Positions 57,427 to 64,000 of a stretch of 64,000 bases of DNA are shown one piece after another. The notes beneath the pieces were generated by a model. The model searched no databases. It was not told the origin of the DNA and saw only the letters and a program-made list of their open reading frames with translations. A program made the position numbers and the translations under genes. Origin of the DNA: an uncultured Planctomycetales bacterium (GTDB taxonomy: Bacteria; Omnitrophota; Gorgyraeia; Gygaellales; Profunditerraquicolaceae); the NCBI GenBank assembly GCA_964645795.1, contig CAZYCL010000008.1:8166-72165 (forward strand), read 5' to 3'. Every line of letters starts with the position of its first letter. Position 1 is the first letter of the stretch.

Positions 57427-58455
57427 CTATTCGCGGCCCTTAGTCAAGCTCTTATAGAGCTCGTAATACTGCAGGGCGATCTTGTCCCAGTTGAAGCGCG
57501 CGGCATTGGCAAATCCTTTCTCAACCAAACCCGCCCGCAGGCATTTATCGGATAAAACCTTATTGATGCCCTCCCTTATATCCTCAACGGAGTAGGGGTC
57601 GACTAAAACAGCCGCGTCTGCGGCTACTTCCGGCAGAGAAGATACATTTGAAGTAACGACGGGAATGCCGCATTTCTGGGCCTCGACTACCGGCATGCCG
57701 AAGCCTTCGATTAAAGAGGGGAAAACCAGGCAATCCGCGCAATTATAGATAGAAACCAGAAGCTCCTTGTCGGGGTTAGAAAAATGCTTGTAGTCGATCC
57801 TGTGCTCCTCAAGCAAACCCAGCTCTTCCTTGGTCAGGCCGCCGACTTTTATGAACTTTACCTCCAGGCCTGCCAGCGCCTCGATCAAGCGCTTGAGATT
57901 CTTGTTAGGCATGGGGACGGCAACATGCAGTACGGCCTTCTTTCCTTGCGGGTTTTCCAGGAGCCTCTGTTTTTCCTGAAAAGAAAGATCTAACACCCGG
58001 AATCTGCGGTCAACTCCCGTCGGGATGACTACAACCCTCTCCTGGCTGATCCCGGCATAACGCTGGAGATTTCTGCGGGTCTCAAGGGAAACCGTAGTAA
58101 TGCAGGCGCTTTTGTATTTGGGAAGAGTGAACCAGAAAAATTTGAAGATTGCCTTTTTCAGGGGCCCGAGCTCCGGGCTCATAAGCCTGGCGCAATCCCA
58201 AATGGTAAGGATGGTCCTGCGCTTATCAAGCAGGTAAGTCAAAAAGTGGGTATCTCCGGTAACATGATTAATATCGGACTGGTGGGAGGCCGCCTCAAAA
58301 ACAGAGCTTATCTTGTTCCATAAACCGCGGTTAGTGTGTCTGGGCCTAAAAATCAATGCCTGCGCCTCAGGCGGAAGATTGTCGCGCAAATTAGCGGTCA
58401 TATTCTCTATGCTAAAACCGCCTATAACATTCCTGCAGAAAAGGGTGATGCGCAT
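57427..58455 (-). CDS. Glycosyltransferase family 1 (GT4-like)
   Basis: ...CADCLVFPSLIEGFGMPVVEAQKCGIPVVTSNVSSLPEV... is the E-x7-E/EGFG motif region typical of GT1 enzymes. Confidence 0.75.
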   Translation of the reverse strand: MRITLFCRNVIGGFSIENMTANLRDNLPPEAQALIFRPRHTNRGLWNKISSVFEAASHQSDINHVTGDTHFLTYLLDKRRTILTIWDCARLMSPELGPLKKAIFKFFWFTLPKYKSACITTVSLETRRNLQRYAGISQERVVVIPTGVDRRFRVLDLSFQEKQRLLENPQGKKAVLHVAVPMPNKNLKRLIEALAGLEVKFIKVGGLTKEELGLLEEHRIDYKHFSNPDKELLVSIYNCADCLVFPSLIEGFGMPVVEAQKCGIPVVTSNVSSLPEVAADAAVLVDPYSVEDIREGINKVLSDKCLRAGLVEKGFANAARFNWDKIALQYYELYKSLTKGRE

Positions 58456-58456
58456 A

Positions 58457-61400
58457 TTAAGATTTTTCCCTGAAATTGCGCGCCCACTTCAAGATCTTAT
58501 CCTTTAGCCTGATGCGGTCAATGGGCTTAGCCATATAATCGTTCATCCCGCAGGCAATGGCCTTCTCTTCATCCTCTTTCATCGTGGCTGCGGTGATGGC
58601 GATGATCGGCAGATCATTCAGCCCCGCCTGACGGATTTGCCTGGTGACTTCAAAGCCGTCGATCAGCGGCATCTGGATATCCATCAGGACCAGGTCGTAT
58701 TTATCGGTCTTTGCCTTCTCCAAAGCCTGTTGGCCGTTATCGGCAGTATCCACTTCGCACATAAGCCTTTCCAGGAGCACACATAGCAGCCTCTGGTTTG
58801 TCTTATTATCTTCTGCGACAAGGACTTTAGTCCCTTTTAAAAGCACTTCTTCCGAAAGGTGGCGGGTGATCAATAACGGGGTGCTTGTATTAATACCCAA
58901 AGCTGCCCTGATCGTCCTTATGAATTCGCTGCGGGTGATAGGTTTGGCAAGGTAGGCATCAAAACCGCTGGCCTTTATCTTCCCTGAAATTCCCGGCGTA
59001 GCCTCAACAGTAATAGCCATGAGCCTGGTTTCTTTGAGCATCTGGCGCAAACGGATCCCGCGAGCGAACTCATAGCCATCGATACCGGGAAGGACAATCT
59101 CGGAGATTATAATATCGGGGATCTGGCCGCGAGAATCCAGCCATTCCAGGGCCTCTTCCGCGTATTTGAAGGCGCCTAACACCACCATGCCTTCTCTTGA
59201 AACGTACAATTGCATGATGCTGGAAGATACCCTGCTTCCGTCAACAATCACGACCGTCTTGCCGCGCACGTATGCAGCGCTTACGGGATCGATCCCCTGG
59301 AACAGGGGTTGCGACCCCTTAAGCCTCAAGGTTACCAAAAACTGCGTGCCTTTCCCCGGCTCGGAAACAACCTCCACAGAGCCTGCCATCTTCTCTACAA
59401 TCTTTTTTACTATAGCCAGGCCAAGGCCAGCTCCTCCATGGCCCCTTGTAGAGGAGGCATCCAACTGCACAAAAGGATTGAAGATCTCTTTTTGCTTGTC
59501 TTTCGGGATGCCTATGCCGGTATCCCTTACCGAAATAGATATATTCCAGTGATCGGGCATTTCTTCGCACGGGGATCCGTTGACCGTAAGCAGGATGTGC
59601 CCTTTTTCCGTAAACTTCGCGGAGTTGCCCAACAGGTTGATGATGATCTGGCGGATACGGTTGGCGTCGGCCCTGAACTGCGGCGGCAGGTCAGGATTTA
59701 CCTCGTAGACCAACTCCACTTTCTGGGCGTTGATCTTCGGGGTCACTATTTTTACCGCGCTTTCCACCAGGTATTCAAAATTGAAATCAAAATCACTGAG
59801 CTCGAATTGTCCGGACTCGATCTTGGACATGTCCAGTATATCGTCCATCAGGCTCATAAGCACGTGGCTGCTTTCAACTATGGTCTCCAGGTACTCGCGC
59901 TGCACATCATTGACCTCAGTAGTAAACATAAGGTCCGTAAACCCGATGATGGCGTTCATGGGCGTGCGTATCTCGTGTGACATGTTAGCGATGAACTCGC
60001 TCTTGGCCGTCGAAGAAGACAGGGCCTGGCTGCTTATGCTGCGCAGCTTCTGTTCGTTAAGCTTGTATTCGGTTATATCGCGGGTGCTCTCGATCGCTCC
60101 CGCGATATTCCCCTTTGAGTCGTAGAGGACGCTTGCGATCCCCCATAATACCGTATCGGCATCCCGTCCGGGCAGGCGTATCCGGACTTCTGCGGTCAGG
60201 GTATTGCCTTCCCTTCTTACAAAGCTGTATTTTTTGGCTATCTCTTCGTTGTTTTCGAGAGCCAGGTCTACCAATATCGGCCGGCGCTCTTTGTAAAACG
60301 GAATGGCGTACTCGTAATCACCCTTGCCTATCATGTCCCGGGCCAAGATACCCGTCAGCTTCTCTATGGCTTTGTTCCAGGCAATAATCGTTCTGTTCTT
60401 ATCGATGGCAAACACCGCATCGGGGAAGAAATCGATGATGTCGAGCATGCGCTGCCGCGAGTCCGCAAGTATCTCTTCGGCGTTCTGGCGGGCGGCTATC
60501 TCGTCGTTCAAAAGCTGCGACTGCTCAAAAGATTTTTCTACAAGTCGCGCCAGCTCCGCAAACTCATCGTTATTTGCCTTAAGGGCGCCGAGGGGAGCGG
60601 TCGAATTCGTACGCAGGGCGCTGGAAATCCGCGAAAGCGGCCTGTTCACCCACAGGAAGAACGTCAAGAACAACAACAGCACCAGCAGAATAGAAAAGGC
60701 AACATCTCTGGCGATGTTTTTGCGCGTGAAGTCATCGAGAAATTGCAGGCGCACAGACCGGGATTCTATCCGTGCATAGGCAACGGGTTTTAAATCCCAG
60801 GACCTCAGGGCAACGGTAAACCATGCCAGGTCCTTATCAAAACCGTAACCTTCTTTTCCGTCAGCCGCGGGATCGGCCGTGATGCTTATGGATGATTCCA
60901 AAAGCCTGGAGATAGCCTCGACATATTCTTTATTCCAGATCCTGCCGGAGAAAAGAAAACCGAAAGACTCGCCTTTTCTGTCGAAGTCCTCAGTAGTATG
61001 TATGGAAGCCGCGTATACCTCCATCGGGCCGTATTTAGTACCGGTAAAAAACCTGATTAACTTTTTGCTCCTAAACAGGCCGCCTATATCGGTACCCGGG
61101 GCGACGGCGTCAATATCGGGATGGCCCTGAAACCTGGTGACATAGTAAACGAGGTTGCCCTGGGCATCATAAACCCAGGACGCATCGGCGTTGAAGGTCT
61201 TGAGGGCGGCTTCCAGATTAAGGCGTGCCCACTGAGGATCCCTGTTCTTGACGAACTCCGCCATATCCGTCCAGTAAGTATAATCTTTTACCAGCGACGA
61301 CAGATCATTGCTCTGCATCCTGACCAGCCTGTCGAACCTGTCCTTCCTGACATTCATCTCTATCCCCAACAGGGCCAATAGTCTTTTTTTGGAATAATCC

Positions 61401-61477
61401 GCCTGGTAGGCGACAAGCGAAATTGCGGCCAGGGATATCAATAGGAGTATGAGGGAAAGCCGGGTTTGAAGCTTCAT
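58457..61477 (-). CDS. Hybrid sensor histidine kinase: periplasmic sensor domain between 2 TMs, PAS, HisKA, HATPase_c and two REC domains
   Basis: H-box IANMSHEIRTPMNAIIGFTDLM; G-box GGAGLGLAIVKKIVEKMAGSVEVVSEPGKGTQFLVTL; C-terminal REC KVLVAEDNKTNQRLL...DLVLMDIQMPLIDGFEVTRQIR. 1,006 aa. Confidence 0.85.
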   Translation of the reverse strand: MKLQTRLSLILLLISLAAISLVAYQADYSKKRLLALLGIEMNVRKDRFDRLVRMQSNDLSSLVKDYTYWTDMAEFVKNRDPQWARLNLEAALKTFNADASWVYDAQGNLVYYVTRFQGHPDIDAVAPGTDIGGLFRSKKLIRFFTGTKYGPMEVYAASIHTTEDFDRKGESFGFLFSGRIWNKEYVEAISRLLESSISITADPAADGKEGYGFDKDLAWFTVALRSWDLKPVAYARIESRSVRLQFLDDFTRKNIARDVAFSILLVLLLFLTFFLWVNRPLSRISSALRTNSTAPLGALKANNDEFAELARLVEKSFEQSQLLNDEIAARQNAEEILADSRQRMLDIIDFFPDAVFAIDKNRTIIAWNKAIEKLTGILARDMIGKGDYEYAIPFYKERRPILVDLALENNEEIAKKYSFVRREGNTLTAEVRIRLPGRDADTVLWGIASVLYDSKGNIAGAIESTRDITEYKLNEQKLRSISSQALSSSTAKSEFIANMSHEIRTPMNAIIGFTDLMFTTEVNDVQREYLETIVESSHVLMSLMDDILDMSKIESGQFELSDFDFNFEYLVESAVKIVTPKINAQKVELVYEVNPDLPPQFRADANRIRQIIINLLGNSAKFTEKGHILLTVNGSPCEEMPDHWNISISVRDTGIGIPKDKQKEIFNPFVQLDASSTRGHGGAGLGLAIVKKIVEKMAGSVEVVSEPGKGTQFLVTLRLKGSQPLFQGIDPVSAAYVRGKTVVIVDGSRVSSSIMQLYVSREGMVVLGAFKYAEEALEWLDSRGQIPDIIISEIVLPGIDGYEFARGIRLRQMLKETRLMAITVEATPGISGKIKASGFDAYLAKPITRSEFIRTIRAALGINTSTPLLITRHLSEEVLLKGTKVLVAEDNKTNQRLLCVLLERLMCEVDTADNGQQALEKAKTDKYDLVLMDIQMPLIDGFEVTRQIRQAGLNDLPIIAITAATMKEDEEKAIACGMNDYMAKPIDRIRLKDKILKWARNFREKS

Positions 61478-61488
61478 GCGTTTTTAGT

Positions 61489-62022
61489 CTATCCGGTTTT
61501 ACGGCAGCGTAGCCTGTCTATCTTCTGCTGGACATACCAGGAGAAATACCCTTTGTACTTCTTCTGCAGGCCGGGCTTTTTCCAGTCGCTGGTGGTAACG
61601 AGCTTGCGGCAGTTAACGGCGCCGCAGCCACATTTAAAGGAATAATCATAATCAGCGTCGGTCATGCAGTAATCGTAGGTTATCTCTTCGCCTTTTTTGA
61701 TGTTGCGCATGGCCACCATCAAAAGATGGCCTTTGATGCCGGCGTTGGGCGAACAGCTGTGGTTGAAGAAATCGTCGTCCTCCAACCCGCCTTTTTTACA
61801 GGAGACAAGGTAAAACCCGTCGGCAAGCCTGGTAGCGTAATCATCTATGTTCTTAAACTTTTTTTTAGAAAGCCCCTGGAACTCTTTTTCGGTTATAACG
61901 TGACCTCCCCAGACGCAGATGACCTCGCCTTTTCTGATGGGCTCAGCGGCAAATACCCCCCTTCTGTTGATGCCGGAGGTAAGTACTTTGGCTTTTTTGG
62001 ATATATAGGAGTGCTCAACCAT
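61489..62022 (-). CDS. SET-domain protein (putative protein-lysine methyltransferase)
   Basis: ...FFNHSCSPNAG...KKGEEITYDYCMTDADYDYSFKCGCGAVNCRK has the NHSC-x-PN and ELxxDY SET signatures plus a post-SET Cys cluster. Confidence 0.7.
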   Translation of the reverse strand: MVEHSYISKKAKVLTSGINRRGVFAAEPIRKGEVICVWGGHVITEKEFQGLSKKKFKNIDDYATRLADGFYLVSCKKGGLEDDDFFNHSCSPNAGIKGHLLMVAMRNIKKGEEITYDYCMTDADYDYSFKCGCGAVNCRKLVTTSDWKKPGLQKKYKGYFSWYVQQKIDRLRCRKTG

Positions 62023-62025
62023 GGT

Positions 62026-63033
62026 TTAGCGGTTTTGTTGAAGGCGGTTTATGATAATCCCTTTTGCCCTAATGCCGGACAATAACCTCTCAAATACCTG
62101 CGCATCCAGCGCCAACTCCTCCATAAATACAAGGCCTCTTTTATTAACGGCCCCTTTTAGGAGCATTTCTGCAATTACCGCCGGGACCGAAGCGGTTATT
62201 TTCTGCATAGAGTTAAGCGCTTCGTTTTTTCTGGATGAGGCGCGCATAGACCAGGAGACCTTTGACTTCTTTGACAAAAAATCGATCTCTGCCAGCGTAA
62301 TATTATCTTCTTTTGCCCCTTCCAGTATTTTCTTGGTATTTTGGATGCTTCCTTTGGTCAAGAGCCGGTAACTTTCGAGGAATTTGAAAAACTGCATGAA
62401 TCCTTGCGGCCGGACCACCCGGCAGGTGCAGTTCTTCAATCTTACCTTGTCCAATATATTCTCAAATCCGCTGGCGCAATAATAGCTTTCTGCCGGGATG
62501 CCGAAAAACCGTTCTTTACGCAGGCCTGAAAAAACAGGCAGCTTCTTCTTCCTGCCGCCTAAGAGCTGGTAAGAAGGTATGGTGTGTTCCACGACAATAT
62601 CCTCGAAGCACCACAAGAACGGATAGTAGCAGGCTTTCTTTGACAGCGAACCGGCTTTTATCTCGATAGACTCGATCCCTTTAGTCCGCGCCAGCTCCCT
62701 GCCAAGGATAAAATTGGTCAGCCCCGGAGAGAATCCGCAGCCCGGGATAACCAGGATCCCGGCTCTATCGATCGCGTCTTTCTTCTTAAGATATCCCGGC
62801 GGGTCTACGTCGGAAAGATCCAGGAGGCTCTTGCGGTATTTAAGCGCCAGGCCAAGACACCTGGGGCCGATATCCCCGGCCAGGGCCCCGACCAAAAGGT
62901 CGGCATCCCTGGCATCTTTGTCAGAAACGATGAATCCAACCCTCTTTATCAGGGGGTTTTTCTTAAAATAAAAAGCCGCGGCTTTAGCCATGCGGCCAAG
63001 GCCGATAATGCCGACTTTGAATTTTGCGCTCAT
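62026..63033 (-). CDS. Saccharopine dehydrogenase-like NAD(P)-binding enzyme (carboxy(nor)spermidine dehydrogenase / homospermidine synthase-like)
   Basis: N-terminal Rossmann KVGIIGLGRMAKAAAFYF. The ORF track starts at 63063, but the probable start is MSAKFKV at about 63033. Adjacent to speE. Confidence 0.5.
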   Translation of the reverse strand: MSAKFKVGIIGLGRMAKAAAFYFKKNPLIKRVGFIVSDKDARDADLLVGALAGDIGPRCLGLALKYRKSLLDLSDVDPPGYLKKKDAIDRAGILVIPGCGFSPGLTNFILGRELARTKGIESIEIKAGSLSKKACYYPFLWCFEDIVVEHTIPSYQLLGGRKKKLPVFSGLRKERFFGIPAESYYCASGFENILDKVRLKNCTCRVVRPQGFMQFFKFLESYRLLTKGSIQNTKKILEGAKEDNITLAEIDFLSKKSKVSWSMRASSRKNEALNSMQKITASVPAVIAEMLLKGAVNKRGLVFMEELALDAQVFERLLSGIRAKGIIINRLQQNR

Positions 63034-63034
63034 G

Positions 63035-63922
63035 TCAGATCTGCCAAAGCTTGGGCATTGCAAGGCTTGCTGAATAGATTTGAGGAGTGAAGTATTTGAG
63101 GGTGGATATCTTTTTCCCCAGCCTTTGATTCATCCTTTTTTCTATAAGCCGGGCGTTTAGTTTAAGGGGATCGAGTTTCCTGGAGGCCAGCATAAAGCAA
63201 TACTCGCAGCCGCAACTATAAGAAGGCATGGCCAGGCGCACAGGATTGACATAGGAGAAAAAGTTCTTTAGTTTGCCGGCCGTAGGCTTGATGATCAGGT
63301 CAAAATCAAGAAAAGGCCCAAGCTGGAAGACCGCCAGGCCTTCTTTGGTCAGGGCCCCTGCTACCATCTTGTAAAAAGGCTGCTGGAAAAGGACTTTTCC
63401 CGGCCCAACCGGGTCGGTAGAATCGACCACAATGACATCAAAAAATCCGCGATGGCGCTGAATAAACTTCCTTCCGTCTTCGATAAATATCTTTACTCTT
63501 TTGTCATCGAACGCGCCCCGGGAGATAAACTTGAGGTGCTTCTTGGAAAATTCGACCACGCTTGAATCGATATCGACAAAATAAATCTCTTTTAACGGGT
63601 GCTTGGTAGCTTCGCGCAGCACCCCCCCGTCTCCGCCTCCGATAACCAGCATACGTTTTGGGTTTGGGTGCGATAAAAGCGGGATGTGAGTAATGACTTC
63701 GTGGTAAATAAACTCGTCGCTCTGGGATAGCTGAATAATGCCGTCGAGCGCCAGGACTTTGCCGAACCCGGGGCTCTCAAATATATAAATATCCTGGAAC
63801 TTACTCCTGCCTTTATAGATCTCTTTATCTATGCGGAAGGCGTCTCTTTTGGCGCGCCTGACCCCGGGGAAAGACGTCTCAAGGAACCATTTTTCCCTGC
63901 CAAAATATATGTGATTTTTCAT
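63035..63922 (-). CDS. speE: Spermidine synthase (polyamine aminopropyltransferase)
   Basis: ...KRMLVIGGGDGGVLREATKHP...IYFVDIDSSVVEFSKKHL...VIVVDSTDPVGPG... carries the classic SpeE motifs. Confidence 0.8.
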   Translation of the reverse strand: MKNHIYFGREKWFLETSFPGVRRAKRDAFRIDKEIYKGRSKFQDIYIFESPGFGKVLALDGIIQLSQSDEFIYHEVITHIPLLSHPNPKRMLVIGGGDGGVLREATKHPLKEIYFVDIDSSVVEFSKKHLKFISRGAFDDKRVKIFIEDGRKFIQRHRGFFDVIVVDSTDPVGPGKVLFQQPFYKMVAGALTKEGLAVFQLGPFLDFDLIIKPTAGKLKNFFSYVNPVRLAMPSYSCGCEYCFMLASRKLDPLKLNARLIEKRMNQRLGKKISTLKYFTPQIYSASLAMPKLWQI

Positions 63923-64000
63923 CCTGTTAGATCTTGCCTCGTCTTATGAACATAGTCTTTACCCGGCTGCAGCCAAAGACTTTCTTTAAGTACTCGAGGG
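63923..64000 (-). CDS. 3' end of an upstream gene (partial; product unknown, possibly polyamine-pathway)
   Basis: Open frame ...PRVLKESLWLQPGKDYVHKTRQDLTG* ends with TGA overlapping the speE ATG (ATGA). Confidence 0.3.

Overview
The window is a gene-dense bacterial chromosomal segment, almost entirely transcribed on the minus strand. Three things dominate it.

1. **Two giant secreted-protein genes at the 5' end.**
 - The first is a single open frame running from position 20646 down past position 1 (more than 6,882 codons, C-terminus cut by the window edge). The six-frame ORF track does not list it, probably because it has no stop codon inside the window. I translated it by hand. The frame is confirmed at three points ~16 kb apart: the start codon, a trypsin-like TNTHV...GDSGSP motif at about 4.4-4.9 kb, and an SLT/lysozyme-like stretch at about 0.25-0.45 kb.
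 - The second is a 2,294-aa secreted protein with a duplicated ~105-aa C-terminal module. It ends in an A10 homopolymer, and the 343-aa ORF immediately downstream is open in the -1 frame from inside that A tract.

2. **An expanded Tad (tight-adherence)-type pilus/secretion locus, 31.5-49.8 kb.** It contains:
 - TadB and TadC;
 - a TadZ-TadA (CpaE-CpaF) fusion ATPase;
 - a CpaC-type secretin fused to a TonB C-terminal domain;
 - CpaB, a TadG-like protein and a parvulin-type PPIase lipoprotein;
 - an array of about 10 TadE/Flp-like prepilin paralogs carrying the (K/R)(G/A)Q(S/A)xxE(Y/L) signal motif.

3. **A housekeeping/regulatory block, 49.8-64 kb.**
 - a polytopic membrane protein and a DUF268-like methyltransferase;
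 - tRNA-Glu(CUC) and tRNA-Leu(GAG), each next to a copy of the same structured palindromic repeat;
 - a FIST sensor, a histidine kinase and a REC-GGDEF regulator with a degenerate GGDDF site;
 - a GT1 glycosyltransferase, a 1,006-aa hybrid histidine kinase, a SET-domain protein, a saccharopine-dehydrogenase-like gene and spermidine synthase.

Two other features are notable. An ATGTCCAA/TTGGACAT octamer recurs only in the promoter regions of both giant genes and of the divergent pilin/771-aa-gene intergenic region. A 'CGGTNNCGG' repeat family forms inverted flanks around a four-helix-bundle gene, a tandem ~240-bp duplication and a copy at 43.8 kb.

The combination of giant ORFs, a Tad pilus and four-helix-bundle genes is consistent with an Omnitrophota-like or other ultra-small bacterial lineage. 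That is inference only. All product calls are by eye from motifs; no database search was possible.
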